Positions 18,730 to 28,712 of a stretch of DNA of 64,000 bases are shown here, in pieces (positions within the stretch are counted from its first letter, which is position 1; the number at the start of each line of letters is the position of its first letter). Source of the DNA: Halorutilales archaeon Cl-col2-1 (GTDB taxonomy: Archaea; Halobacteriota; Halobacteria; Halobacteriales; Afararchaeaceae); contig CP169074.1 of NCBI GenBank assembly GCA_041891055.1, positions 1,856,001-1,920,000 of the forward strand, given 5' to 3'. The position numbers and the translations under genes were made by a program. A model generated the notes under the pieces. That model saw nothing but the letters and a program-made list of their open reading frames with translations, did not search any database and was not told the DNA's origin.

Positions 18730-20178
18730 CTACTCAGCTTCGGCGATACTGTCGAGCTTCTCTCTCAGAGTCTCGTTGACTGTCCCGGGGTCGGCGCTTC
18801 CCCCCGTCTTCTGCATCACCTGTCCGACGAGGAAGTTGAGGGCGTCGTCCTCGCCCGAGACGTAGTCATCGACTGCGTCGGGGTTGTCGTCTATCGCCTC
18901 CTCGACCGCCTCGACAGTGACGTCCTCGCCCGCCTTCTTCATATCCCTCTCCTCGACTATCTCGACGGGATCACGTCCCTCGTCGAGTGCGTCACGCAGA
19001 GCCTCGACGGCGTTTCTGTCGGTGATCTCGTCCTCGTCGACCATCTCGACGAGTCCCACGAACTCCGAGACGTCGACCTCGTCTACTGTCATGTCCCTGT
19101 AGTTGAGCTCACCCAGGAGTTCGTCGGCGACCCAGGTCGAGGCGACGTCGTAGCTGACCTCCTCGGCGACAGTCTCGTAGAAGTCGGCGACCGCCTTCTT
19201 CGAGGTGAGCTTCTCGGCGACCTCGTCGGAGACGTCGTACTCGTCTATGAATCTCTCACGGCGGGCGTCGGGAAGCTCAGGTATGCCGATCTCGCCCTTG
19301 AACTCCTCGACGCGCACGACTGGAATGTCAGCCTCCTCGAAGTAACGGTAGTCGTGTTCCTCCGCCTTCTCCCTCAGAGTAACCGTGATTCCTCTGTCGT
19401 CGTCGTAATGGCGTGTCTCCTGTCTGATCTCCGCGCCCCTCTTTATCTGGTTCTTCTGACGCGTGATCTCGTATGCGAGAGCCTTCTCGACCCCTTTCGT
19501 CGATCCTATGTTCTTTATCTCAGTCCTGTTCCCGCCCTCGCCGTCGACCTCGATCGAGACGTTGGCGTCGACCCTTATCGTACCTCCCTCTTCAGTGTCG
19601 AAGACGTCGAGGTACTCCAGTATCTCACGTAGCTTGTCGACGAAGCCTCTCGCCTCCTCGGGGGTTTCGAGGTCGGGCTCAGTGACTATCTCCATAAGGG
19701 GAGTACCCGACCTGTTGTAGTCGACGAGTGTGTGGCTCGCCGACTCTATCGAGCCTCCCTTGTGGACGAGAGAGCCGGGGTCTTCCTCCATGTGGGCGCG
19801 GCGTATACGTACCTCCTTCTCGTCGTCTCCGACCCTCAGATCGACAGAGCCGTCCTGGTTTATCGGAGCGTCGTACTGTGTGATCTGGAAGTTCTTCGGG
19901 AGGTCGGGGTAGAAGTAGTTCTTCCTGTGGAAACGCGTCTCGTCGGCTATCTCGCAGTCGAGTGCCTTTCCGACCATGACGGCGTACTCGACAGCCTTCT
20001 GGTTGACGACGGGAAGTGATCCGGGGAGTCCGAGACAGACGGGACACGTATGTGTGTTCGGCTCGGCGTTCTCGTAGTCGGTCGAACAGCCGCAGAACAT
20101 CTTCGTCTGGGTGTCGAGCTGAACGTGAATTTCGAGTCCTATCGTGACGTCGAGACTCTCCCCGGGTTTAGCGCTCAT
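18730..20178 (-). CDS. gatB: Asp-tRNA(Asn)/Glu-tRNA(Gln) amidotransferase subunit B
   Basis: IGLEIHVQL, CPVCLGLPG, RKNYFYPDLPK, HMEED, DYNRSG, DYRYF. Confidence 0.97.
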   Translation of the reverse strand: MSAKPGESLDVTIGLEIHVQLDTQTKMFCGCSTDYENAEPNTHTCPVCLGLPGSLPVVNQKAVEYAVMVGKALDCEIADETRFHRKNYFYPDLPKNFQITQYDAPINQDGSVDLRVGDDEKEVRIRRAHMEEDPGSLVHKGGSIESASHTLVDYNRSGTPLMEIVTEPDLETPEEARGFVDKLREILEYLDVFDTEEGGTIRVDANVSIEVDGEGGNRTEIKNIGSTKGVEKALAYEITRQKNQIKRGAEIRQETRHYDDDRGITVTLREKAEEHDYRYFEEADIPVVRVEEFKGEIGIPELPDARRERFIDEYDVSDEVAEKLTSKKAVADFYETVAEEVSYDVASTWVADELLGELNYRDMTVDEVDVSEFVGLVEMVDEDEITDRNAVEALRDALDEGRDPVEIVEERDMKKAGEDVTVEAVEEAIDDNPDAVDDYVSGEDDALNFLVGQVMQKTGGSADPGTVNETLREKLDSIAEAE

Positions 20179-20247
20179 CGGGTCAAGATTGACCAGATAC
20201 GTATAAAAGACTGTTGCTACTCCTACTCTCGTCGAGTGACGTGGCTT

Positions 20248-21849
20248 CTAATCTTCATCCTCGCCAGTGCCGACCTCCGTGACCGTTCCCACACCCTTGC
20301 TCTTGCCCTCACGGAAGACGAACCTCTGCCCCTCTTTCACCATGTAGGGTCGGAACTTGAACCTCAGCTTAGCCTTTCCTTCTTGACCCGGGAGGAGATG
20401 TCCGCCCTCGGGCTCGAAGACGGCGGCTTCGGAGACTGTTTCGAGATGTACGACGGGCTCGTATCCCTCCCTTATACGTGTGGGATGGTTGAGTACCATG
20501 ACCTCCGCCTCGAACTCACGTACGCTCTCGGCGTCGGGGTCGGAGGTCAGAGCCATTCCGCGGCTTATCTCGACCTCGTCGACCTCCTTGCCCTTGAGAG
20601 CCACGCCGACTATGTTTCCGGGCTTTGCCTTCTCGACCCTGTGGTAATGCATCTCTATGCTCCTGACCTCTGCGCGCCGGAAGTCGCCGTCCGACGTCGG
20701 ACCCAGGTAGACCTCGTCGCCGACCTCGACCTCGCCCTGCTTGACGGTACCGCTCGCCACGGTTCCGACCCCCGTGACCTCGTAAGTTCTGTCTATGTAC
20801 ATCTCGAACTTCTCGTCGCTCTCGATCTCGCCGTGTGTCTTCGGAAGCTCCCTGAATATCTCATCGAGAGTGTCGAGACCTTCCATGCTCACCGCACTCG
20901 TTCTCACTATCGGGACTATCACACCGCGTGGCAGACGGTCTACGGCGGTCTCAACACCCCTGTCCTCGACGCTGTGAGGTATCTTTCCGACGTTCTTGAG
21001 GAGTTCGGCGACTTCGTCCTCGACCTCTTCGATCCTGTCGTCTGAGACGAGATCTGACTTCGTGACTGCGACTATTGTCGGAAGGTCGGCGGCGAGAAGA
21101 ATCCCGAGGTGCTCGCGCGTTATATGTGTGGGACCGTCGTCTGCGGCGACTGTGACGAGTCCGTAGTCGAGCTTCTGACCCATTATTCCTCTTATAGTCG
21201 TCTTGAGCCACGGCTCGTGTCCGACGGTGTCGACGAAGCTCACGAGCTTCTCGGAGTTCTCGACGACGCTAGACCTCTCGCGTTTCGAGAGCGGGTTGTT
21301 CATCCTCACCGGCTCCTCTGACCCCGACTCGAAGCCGTAGACTCCGTAGCTCAGATCCGCCGAGAGACCCCTGTCCATCTCGTGAGGCTGGACGTCGAGG
21401 TAGACACGTGTGCTCCCGTCTCCGTCGTCGGGTGTTCCCGTCACTAAGCTCCCGACGAGTGTCGACTTGCCGTGGTCGACGTGTCCCGCGGTTCCGACGA
21501 CTAAGTGGTCTTTGTCCTCGTATGCGTTCGTGATACTAACGACGGCGACCTCCCCGGTTCCGACGTCGTGAGTCTCGACTTCACGTAGGGCGGCGTCTGC
21601 CTCTCCGGCTATCACAGACAGAACACTTATGCTCTCGTCGAGCTCTTCGTCGCTGATTCCTTCGAGACCTCCGTCGTCGGTCACACCCACGACGTAAGTA
21701 GCCGATCCTCCCCCCGTGAGGATACGGTGTTTCATCTGTGCAGCAAGAGATTCGAGACGCCCGGATTCGAGGTGAGTCTGTCTTTCGAGCCTTTCCTTGA
21801 ACTCTATGTTCTCACGCTCGCCGTCCTCGACGAGCCGGGCTAACTCCAT
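20248..21849 (-). CDS. GTPBP1-family translational GTPase
   Basis: GHVDHGKST, DTVGHE, TKSD, SA motifs; EF-Tu-like domains II and III; N-terminal ENIEFKE domain. Confidence 0.9.
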   Translation of the reverse strand: MELARLVEDGERENIEFKERLERQTHLESGRLESLAAQMKHRILTGGGSATYVVGVTDDGGLEGISDEELDESISVLSVIAGEADAALREVETHDVGTGEVAVVSITNAYEDKDHLVVGTAGHVDHGKSTLVGSLVTGTPDDGDGSTRVYLDVQPHEMDRGLSADLSYGVYGFESGSEEPVRMNNPLSKRERSSVVENSEKLVSFVDTVGHEPWLKTTIRGIMGQKLDYGLVTVAADDGPTHITREHLGILLAADLPTIVAVTKSDLVSDDRIEEVEDEVAELLKNVGKIPHSVEDRGVETAVDRLPRGVIVPIVRTSAVSMEGLDTLDEIFRELPKTHGEIESDEKFEMYIDRTYEVTGVGTVASGTVKQGEVEVGDEVYLGPTSDGDFRRAEVRSIEMHYHRVEKAKPGNIVGVALKGKEVDEVEISRGMALTSDPDAESVREFEAEVMVLNHPTRIREGYEPVVHLETVSEAAVFEPEGGHLLPGQEGKAKLRFKFRPYMVKEGQRFVFREGKSKGVGTVTEVGTGEDED

Positions 21850-21887
21850 ACACTACGTTTGTGTGGTGGTAACAAAAGTCTTCCCCC

Positions 21888-22283
21888 CTAACCGACCTCG
21901 TAACTCCTTATCGTGCTGTTCGACCCGTCGTACTCGCCGACTACTGTGACTGTGGTTCCCGAGTCTGGGTTTAGGTTTATCGTATCGCCGATGTCGCTAC
22001 TCCCGACCGGAGCCCACGTACTGTCTATTTTCGATTTGTCACTTCCAGTATACCTCACGTATATCCTGTCCGCCCTCGGTGCCGTGATAAGTGTGATATT
22101 CACGCTGCCTCCTCTCTCCTCTATCGCTACACCCGCCTGAGCGTTCTGGTTGACCTCACCTCCTAGGTTCATAAACGTAACCCCGGCTACCGCGGCTATT
22201 ATCACCGTGATAGCTACCATGAGTACCACGCCTATGACGGGTGAGACACCTCTGTCTTGCTTCAGTCTGCGCCTCCGTATCAT
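21888..22283 (-). CDS. Archaeal type IV pilin (DUF1628 N-terminus)
   Basis: Class III signal peptide DRG/VSPVIGVVLMVAITV. Confidence 0.88.
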   Translation of the reverse strand: MIRRRRLKQDRGVSPVIGVVLMVAITVIIAAVAGVTFMNLGGEVNQNAQAGVAIEERGGSVNITLITAPRADRIYVRYTGSDKSKIDSTWAPVGSSDIGDTINLNPDSGTTVTVVGEYDGSNSTIRSYEVG

Positions 22284-22384
22284 TCCCCAAACTTACACAG
22301 TAATTATGTATAAATCTGTCTCACTCACAGACGCACCGAGACACTTCGGCATATTTATGGGTTCAGCACCTCCTCTCAGAACTA

Positions 22385-23530
22385 ATGAGGCTACACGAAT
22401 ATCAGGCTAAGGAGATCTTCGCCGACGCGGGGATTCCGACGCCCGAAGGCGTCGTCGTCTCGACGCCCGAGGACGCGCGAGAAGCCGCCGACGAGATAGG
22501 AGGAACCGTCGCGGTCAAGGCACAGGTTCACGTAGGAGGACGTGGAAAGGCAGGCGGAATAAAGATAGCTTCGTCGCCCGACGAGGCTGAGGAAGCCGCC
22601 GACGAGATACTCGGGATGGATCTCAAGGGTCACACCGTCGAGGAGGTTCTCATCGAGGAAGGAGTCGACATCGAAGAGGAGTTCTACGTCGGGATCACGA
22701 TGGATCGCGGAGAGGGTCAGGGTGTCGCTATGGTCTCGTCGAAGGGCGGTGTCAACATAGAGGAGGTCGCCGAGGAGGAGCCCGAGGCGATAGCACAGAA
22801 CCACATCGATCCTGCCTACGGATTACAGGGATTCGAGGCTCGTGAGTGCGTCTACAACACCGACATACCCGACGAGGCGACGAGAGGCGTCTCGGCTGTA
22901 CTCTCGACACTCTACGAGATATGGGACGAGAACGACGCAGAGGACGCCGAGATAAACCCCCTGATGCTCACGGGAGACGGCGACCTGATCGCAGCCGACG
23001 CAGTTCTCAACATAGACGGATCGTCTCTCTACAGACACGAGGATCTCGCCGAACTCGAAGAGGAGTCCTTCGACGACGAGTTCGAGGCTAAGGCGAGCGA
23101 AGAGGGATTCGACTACGTCCGTCTCGACGGAAACGTCGGAATAATAGGAAACGGAGCGGGTCTCGTGATGACGACGCTCGACCTCGTAGACCACTTCGGA
23201 GGCAAGCCCGCCAACTTCCTCGACATAGGAGGGGGAGCGCGCGCGGATCGCGTCCAGTCGGCACTCGAACTCGTCTTCGACGACGAGAACGTCGACGCAG
23301 TCCTCTTCAACATCTTCGGAGGAATCACGAGATGTGACGAGGTCGCACAGGGAATAAACGAGGCTCTCGAAAGCTTCGACGAGCTTCCGAAGCCACTCGT
23401 CGTACGTCTCACGGGTACAAACGAGACCGAGGGAAGAGAGATCCTCACCGAGAGGGTCGAGACACGTGAGGAGCTTGAGGACGCCGTAAAGACAGCAGTT
23501 GAACTCGCCGAAACAGGAGGTGACCAGTAA
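22385..23530 (+). CDS. sucC: Succinate--CoA ligase beta subunit
   Basis: [49 protein letters not shown]. Confidence 0.97.
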   Translation: MRLHEYQAKEIFADAGIPTPEGVVVSTPEDAREAADEIGGTVAVKAQVHVGGRGKAGGIKIASSPDEAEEAADEILGMDLKGHTVEEVLIEEGVDIEEEFYVGITMDRGEGQGVAMVSSKGGVNIEEVAEEEPEAIAQNHIDPAYGLQGFEARECVYNTDIPDEATRGVSAVLSTLYEIWDENDAEDAEINPLMLTGDGDLIAADAVLNIDGSSLYRHEDLAELEEESFDDEFEAKASEEGFDYVRLDGNVGIIGNGAGLVMTTLDLVDHFGGKPANFLDIGGGARADRVQSALELVFDDENVDAVLFNIFGGITRCDEVAQGINEALESFDELPKPLVVRLTGTNETEGREILTERVETREELEDAVKTAVELAETGGDQ

Positions 23531-24396
23531 TGAGCGCACTAGTCGATGAAGACACGCGTGTGATAGTACAGGGAATAACCGGAAGCGAAGGTAAGTTCCA
23601 CGCCGAACAGATGATGGAGTACGGCACCAACGTAGTCGCTGGTGTCACTCCCGGAAAGGGCGGACAGGAGGAGCTCGGGGTTCCCGTCTACGACACGGTC
23701 AAGGAAGCCGCCGAGGAGGAAAACGCCAACACCTCGATAATCTTCGTTCCTCCCGCCTTCGCCGGAGACGCTGTGATGGAGAGTCTCGACGCTGACCTCG
23801 ACCTCTCGATAGCGATAACCGAGGGGATACCCGTCCACGACATGGTACGTGTCAACCGCCGTCTCCAGGAGGTTGACACACATCTCGTCGGACCCAACTG
23901 CCCCGGAGTCATAACCCCTGGTGAGTCGAAGGTCGGAATAATGCCCGGCAACATATTCGAGAGCGGCAAGGTGGGACTCGTCTCGCGCTCGGGTACTCTG
24001 ACCTACCAGATAGTCGACTCCCTCACGAGGAGAGGAATAGGACAGAGTACCGCTATAGGAATAGGCGGAGATCCTATAATAGGGACGTCTTTCACCGACG
24101 CTCTCCAGCATTTCGAGAACGACGACGAGACAGAGGCTGTCGCTCTCGTGGGTGAGATAGGAGGCTCCGACGAGGAGGAAGCCGCCGAGTGGGTTGACGA
24201 GAACATGTCGAAGCCAGTCGTCGGATTCATAGCAGGCAGGACAGCGCCTCCCGGCAAGCAGATGGGACACGCCGGAGCCATAGTCAGCGGAAGCTCCGGA
24301 ACTGCTGAGTCGAAGATCGCTGCGTTCGAGGAAGCAGGCATAGAGGTCGCCGACACTCCCGACGAGGTCGCTGACTCGATAGAAGAGATACTCTAA
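23530..24396 (+). CDS. sucD: Succinate--CoA ligase alpha subunit
   Basis: [25 protein letters not shown] (phospho-His). Confidence 0.97.
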   Translation: MSALVDEDTRVIVQGITGSEGKFHAEQMMEYGTNVVAGVTPGKGGQEELGVPVYDTVKEAAEEENANTSIIFVPPAFAGDAVMESLDADLDLSIAITEGIPVHDMVRVNRRLQEVDTHLVGPNCPGVITPGESKVGIMPGNIFESGKVGLVSRSGTLTYQIVDSLTRRGIGQSTAIGIGGDPIIGTSFTDALQHFENDDETEAVALVGEIGGSDEEEAAEWVDENMSKPVVGFIAGRTAPPGKQMGHAGAIVSGSSGTAESKIAAFEEAGIEVADTPDEVADSIEEIL

Positions 24397-24420
24397 ACAC
24401 AGAGTACACAGACTCGACTC

Positions 24421-24437
24421 ACCACCTTTTTGGTGGT
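24421..24437 (+). terminator. Hairpin with T5 loop after sucD
   Basis: ACCACC-TTTTT-GGTGGT starting 25 nt after the sucD stop. Confidence 0.4.
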
Positions 24438-24457
24438 TGAGACTGGTATCCTAAGTA

Positions 24458-25195
24458 ATGCCGTTGGGAGACGCCCCCCAGACTTCCTACGACGACTCGG
24501 GTCTCCGTCTCAAGGTCGATCTTCACGTCCACTCCGACGCGTCACACGACGGACGCTCGTCTGTCGAGTCGATACTCGAACGCGCGAGTGAGATCGGACT
24601 AGACGCCGTAGCTATTACTGACCACGACAGTATCTCCGAGTCTCTCCGTGCTCACGAGATAGCCTCGGAGTACGACATCATAAGTATACCCGGTGTCGAG
24701 ATATCGACCTCTGACGGACATCTCCTCGCTCTCGGTATCGAGGATCTCCCCGAAATAGGGATGCCTATAGATGAGACGGTAGAGAGGGTACGTGACCTCG
24801 GAGGTCTCGCTGTCGTTCCTCATCCCTTCCAGAGGACTAGACACGGAGCGGGAAAGGTCGACGACTGCGACGCGATGGAGGTCTACAACTCACGTCTTCT
24901 CACCGGAAGGTCGAACAGGAAGGCGAGGAAGTACGCCGAGGCTAACGGCTTCACCCAGGTCGGCGGGAGTGACGCACACACCGTGAGCATGGTCGGGCGA
25001 ACCTACACCGAGATACTCACTACGATAGACTCTAAGATAGAGACGAGCGAAAACGTCGTCGACTCACTCAGACAGGGTGTCACGAGCATCCACGGAAAGA
25101 GGACACCGATACATCTGAGCGCGAGACAGATAGCCAAGGGTGGGAGTAAGAAGGCGGCGAAGTCGCTAAAGTCGGCTGTCTCGGGTCTTCTCTAA
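24458..25195 (+). CDS. PHP-domain metal-dependent phosphoesterase
   Basis: DLHVHS, AITDHD, GVEIS, GHLL, PHPF, GGSDAH. Confidence 0.92.
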   Translation: MPLGDAPQTSYDDSGLRLKVDLHVHSDASHDGRSSVESILERASEIGLDAVAITDHDSISESLRAHEIASEYDIISIPGVEISTSDGHLLALGIEDLPEIGMPIDETVERVRDLGGLAVVPHPFQRTRHGAGKVDDCDAMEVYNSRLLTGRSNRKARKYAEANGFTQVGGSDAHTVSMVGRTYTEILTTIDSKIETSENVVDSLRQGVTSIHGKRTPIHLSARQIAKGGSKKAAKSLKSAVSGLL

Positions 25196-25206
25196 GGAAA
25201 GGAAAG

Positions 25207-25256
25207 ACAGCGAGAGTTCGATGACTCGCTGTACCCGTGCCCGTACGTGGGCATGG
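25207..25256. repeat. Two adjacent hairpins between the convergent PHP and ftsY genes
   Basis: ACAGCGAG-N10-CTCGCTGT (25207-25232) and CCGTGCCC-N6-GGGCATGG (25235-25256, one G-U pair). Confidence 0.55.
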
Positions 25257-25260
25257 CTTC

Positions 25261-26379
25261 TTACGACGTTTCGAGGAGTGCGTCTGCGAGTCTCTCGGGA
25301 TCGAACTTCTCCAGGTCGTCGTATCCCTGACCCGTTCCGAGGAAGAGTATCGGCTTCCCCGTGACCTTCGAGATCGAGATAGCCGCGCCACCCTGTGAGT
25401 CGGCGTCAGCCTTAGTGAGGACGGTACCGTCTATCTCGGCGGCGTCGTTGAACTCCCTCGCCCTGTTGACGGCGTCCTGTCCTGCGACCGCCTCGTCGAC
25501 GAAGACCGTGAGATCGGGGTCGACCACACGGTCGATCTTACCCAACTGATCCATGAGATCCTGGGAGGTATGGAGCCTCCCGGCTGTGTCGCCGAGGACG
25601 ACGTCTATTCCGTTTGCCTCGGCGTACTCGACGGCGTCGTATATCACTGCGGCGGGGTCTCCTCCCTTGTCGTGTTTTATGAGCTTCTTTCCGAGGTTCT
25701 CGGAGTGCTGCTCTATCTGTTCGTTCGCGCCCGCCCTGTAGGTGTCTCCGTTGGCGAGTACACTCGATATACCTCTGTCTTCGAGTCTCCTCGCTATCTT
25801 GGCGATTGTCGTTGTCTTTCCGACCCCGTTCACTCCCGTGAAGATCACGACGACGGGCTTGTCGGCTTCTTCGACGTATGTGTCGAACTCCAGACCGTCT
25901 ACGTCGAGTACGTCGACGAGTGCGTCGTGGAGAGCCTCGGTGACTATCTCGTCGGTCGACTCCCTCCATTTCCTCTTCTCACCGACTAAGCTCTCCTCGA
26001 CGTCTTGGGTTATGGTGTCGGCGACGCCGACCTCGACGTCGCTCGAAAGAAGTGCTCTCTCTAGCTCCCAGAGAGGGTCTTCGAGGTCTTCCTCCTCTAT
26101 TATGAAAGACCTCTCAGTGACGAGTGTCTTAGCCTTCTGAGTGATCGAGGTCGACGACTCCTCGTCTTCGTCTACATCAGACTCCGTCTTCTCTTCGGTC
26201 TCCTCCTCAGCCACAGCCTCGGACTTGGCGGAAGTGGAAGTCTCCTCTTTCTCGGACTCAGAGGTCTCCGTGTCGGTTTCTTCCACAGCCTCGGACTCGA
26301 CCTCCTCGGCTTTCTCCTCGACGCTCTCGTCTACGTCGTCACGGAAGCTTGAGAGCTTGTCCTTGAGGCTGTCGAACAT
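25261..26379 (-). CDS. ftsY: Signal recognition particle receptor FtsY
   Basis: Acidic A domain, GVNGVGKTTT, DTYRAGA, DTAGR, TKAD, GTGQ. Confidence 0.97.
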   Translation of the reverse strand: MFDSLKDKLSSFRDDVDESVEEKAEEVESEAVEETDTETSESEKEETSTSAKSEAVAEEETEEKTESDVDEDEESSTSITQKAKTLVTERSFIIEEEDLEDPLWELERALLSSDVEVGVADTITQDVEESLVGEKRKWRESTDEIVTEALHDALVDVLDVDGLEFDTYVEEADKPVVVIFTGVNGVGKTTTIAKIARRLEDRGISSVLANGDTYRAGANEQIEQHSENLGKKLIKHDKGGDPAAVIYDAVEYAEANGIDVVLGDTAGRLHTSQDLMDQLGKIDRVVDPDLTVFVDEAVAGQDAVNRAREFNDAAEIDGTVLTKADADSQGGAAISISKVTGKPILFLGTGQGYDDLEKFDPERLADALLETS

Positions 26380-26391
26380 CTCTACCTACTC

Positions 26392-26820
26392 CTATTCTTC
26401 GTCCTGCTGCATCTGCTGCTGCTGTTGCTGCTGAGCCATCTGTGCCTGCTGCTGTATCTGCTGTATCTCCTGAGTCTTCTGCTCTATGTTGTCCTCGGCA
26501 CTCTGTTTCTCTTCCTTGAGGTCGTCTCTCTTCTTCTCGAGCTTCTCGACAGCCTCCTCGGGTCCGACCTCGACGTTGACTCCCGCGCCTATTCCGACTA
26601 CGACGTCGTCTACGTTGTCGACAGTCGCGGGTATGTAGGTGTCGCCTCCGAGAGGTAGAAGGATCTCGGAGCCCTCTTCGAGGTTTTCGAGCGACTCTAT
26701 CGCGTCGTCACATCCCTCTATCTCGTCTTCGAGTGTCTCTACGAGTTCGCGGAGTTCTTCTATCTCGCCCGCGAGCTCACTGTACGCCTGCTGTAACTGC
26801 TGCTGTTGTTGCATGCTCAT
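26392..26820 (-). CDS. pfdA: Prefoldin subunit alpha
   Basis: Coiled coils flanking EILLPLGG...VVVGIGAG; conserved position upstream of ftsY; polyQ termini. Confidence 0.92.
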   Translation of the reverse strand: MSMQQQQQLQQAYSELAGEIEELRELVETLEDEIEGCDDAIESLENLEEGSEILLPLGGDTYIPATVDNVDDVVVGIGAGVNVEVGPEEAVEKLEKKRDDLKEEKQSAEDNIEQKTQEIQQIQQQAQMAQQQQQQQMQQDEE

Positions 26821-26846
26821 TTTAATCAGTCTCCTGTCGTCTTAGT

Positions 26847-27524
26847 TTAGCTGTCTTCGTCTATAAATCCCAGAGCCTCTTCAATCCTTCCAAGCTCTGG
26901 TCCTGTCGTCTCGGCTCCAACCACGTACCCCTTCGAGTTGGCTATAAGACCGCTTCCCACAAGAGGGGTTCCGTAGTTGACCGTACCTATGTCGACGGGC
27001 ACCTCGAAGACATCTTCGAGATATTCTACCTCGTCGTCGTTCGACTTGGGATGTACGAGGACGCCCTCGTCTGTCGCCACACCCGCGGAGCCGACGGTAT
27101 CGAGACCCGCTACGGTTCCCTCGTGAACCTCGACGCCGAGAACGCCGGCTATCTCGTCCTTCGCATCCTCCGAAAGCTCAGGACTCACGAGGGCGGCGTT
27201 GTCGTTCGCTAGGACTGTGTTTCCGACCGCAGTATGGCGTCCCGATATTCTCTCGACGTTGACCCCGGTAATGTCTCTGATCTCTCTTATCTCCCTGTCC
27301 AAGGCGTTAGAAGAAACAGCGATGCCCTCGGTGTTTCCTTCCGCCATAGTACCGAGGACTGACGAACCGTTGATGGTTCCCGTGTAAACGTTTTCGACGC
27401 CGAGTTCGTCGGCGACCTCTTCGGCTCTCGACTCGTCTATCTCGGAGGTCACGAGTAGAGATCTGTCTGTCGTGACACCGAAGACGCCTAAGAACGGGCT
27501 CCCGTTGAACTCGGCTCTTAACAT
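26847..27524 (-). CDS. eif6: Translation initiation factor 6 (aIF6)
   Basis: [47 protein letters not shown]. Confidence 0.96.
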   Translation of the reverse strand: MLRAEFNGSPFLGVFGVTTDRSLLVTSEIDESRAEEVADELGVENVYTGTINGSSVLGTMAEGNTEGIAVSSNALDREIREIRDITGVNVERISGRHTAVGNTVLANDNAALVSPELSEDAKDEIAGVLGVEVHEGTVAGLDTVGSAGVATDEGVLVHPKSNDDEVEYLEDVFEVPVDIGTVNYGTPLVGSGLIANSKGYVVGAETTGPELGRIEEALGFIDEDS

Positions 27525-27533
27525 TAGATTAGT

Positions 27534-27788
27534 TTACTCAGCTATCTCGGCTTCGACGACTCCGTCGTCGAACTTGGCGGCTCTGACACGTACCTTTGAG
27601 GGAGGACTCGAACGTCCGTTCGACCAGACTTCCTCGTTTATAGACGAGTCGAGGTTGATCTCGTCCTCGTCAGCCTTGAGGTGTTTCGAGAGATGGTCGC
27701 GGATGATCTTCATAGCCTCGTCGGCTCTCTCGTACTTCTTCGCCTTCTTGGCGTCCCTAAGCGGGACGTTCATGACTCTCTCTTCCAT
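27534..27788 (-). CDS. rpl31e: 50S ribosomal protein L31e
   Basis: ERVMNVPLR, RADEAM, INEEVWSNG, PPSKVRVR. Confidence 0.96.
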   Translation of the reverse strand: MEERVMNVPLRDAKKAKKYERADEAMKIIRDHLSKHLKADEDEINLDSSINEEVWSNGRSSPPSKVRVRAAKFDDGVVEAEIAE

Positions 27789-27791
27789 TGT

Positions 27792-27944
27792 TTACTCGTC
27801 TAGGTCGCTACGTCTCCAGTTCCTTCTCTTGGGATTCCTCACGACGTCCTGGTTCGTCTTCATTATGACCCACGCAGGAACCCTCGAGTTCTGCTTGTTC
27901 GCCTTCGCGAGACGTTTCTTCTTCGCCTTGTTCTTCTTGGTCAT
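27792..27944 (-). CDS. rpl39e: 50S ribosomal protein L39e
   Basis: [14 protein letters not shown]...QNSRVPAWV...RRNWRRS; ATG at 27944. Confidence 0.96.
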   Translation of the reverse strand: MTKKNKAKKKRLAKANKQNSRVPAWVIMKTNQDVVRNPKRRNWRRSDLDE

Positions 27945-27999
27945 GTTGGCGACTATGTCAGCACCACATAAATCTGTTATCTTCCTGTCTCCCACGTAG

Positions 28000-28662
28000 T
28001 CAGTCAGTCCTCACGACACCCAGGGTCTCGCCGTCGCCTGTCGACGAACAAGAATCGACAGTCTCGACTGATATCTTCTCTATCTCTGAGGAGTTGCCCG
28101 GTATATCCACCCTGAGCTTGTCCTTCGAAGTAGTCAGACCCCAGATAACGTCGGGAACTCGGTTGAACGTCCTGACGCTTCTCCCACCGTAACAGACCTC
28201 GTACGGTACATCCGTCTGGCGCGGGAGAACCGACGGATTACTCACTTCTAAATCACCCACGACGACCGGAAACGCTGCCTCGCCCAACGAACCCCACTTG
28301 TTGAACTCCGCCTTGTCGTTCGGGTCTAGGGAGTAAGATGGATCGGGCTGTACGAAGTCGAAGCCTACGAGGAGTACGCCCACTAGGAGTATTCCGACCA
28401 CGATTTTCTTGTACGTATCTGTCGTCATCCTCCACTCCTTGACCCTTCCGAGACCTATGAACCCCAAGACGAGAGGCGGAACAACTACGAGGAAGAACAT
28501 CGGAGCCGCAAAACCCGTGAAAGACATCAGCGACCTCACGAAGCCGAGGTAGATCACGAAGCCGACACCGTAGAGCGTCGTAACCGCGTAGTAGTACCCC
28601 GTCGTTATCACTAGTCCGAAGCCGAGGAAGTAGAGGACTGACTCCGTGAGTGGTGACAGCAT
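28000..28662 (-). CDS. Hypothetical membrane protein (about 4 TM plus an extracellular domain with a Cys pair)
   Basis: Hydrophobic N-terminal half, soluble C-terminal half; fills the gap between genes. Confidence 0.7.
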   Translation of the reverse strand: MLSPLTESVLYFLGFGLVITTGYYYAVTTLYGVGFVIYLGFVRSLMSFTGFAAPMFFLVVVPPLVLGFIGLGRVKEWRMTTDTYKKIVVGILLVGVLLVGFDFVQPDPSYSLDPNDKAEFNKWGSLGEAAFPVVVGDLEVSNPSVLPRQTDVPYEVCYGGRSVRTFNRVPDVIWGLTTSKDKLRVDIPGNSSEIEKISVETVDSCSSTGDGETLGVVRTD

Positions 28663-28712
28663 CTGATGGAGTAAGAACGCGGTGAGACCGGAGAAAGCTT
28701 ACGGTTTAAGAT

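Noticed and set aside
20248-21849. SelB or a selenocysteine system
   Set aside because: The architecture matches GTPBP1 and no in-frame TGA selenoprotein candidates were seen
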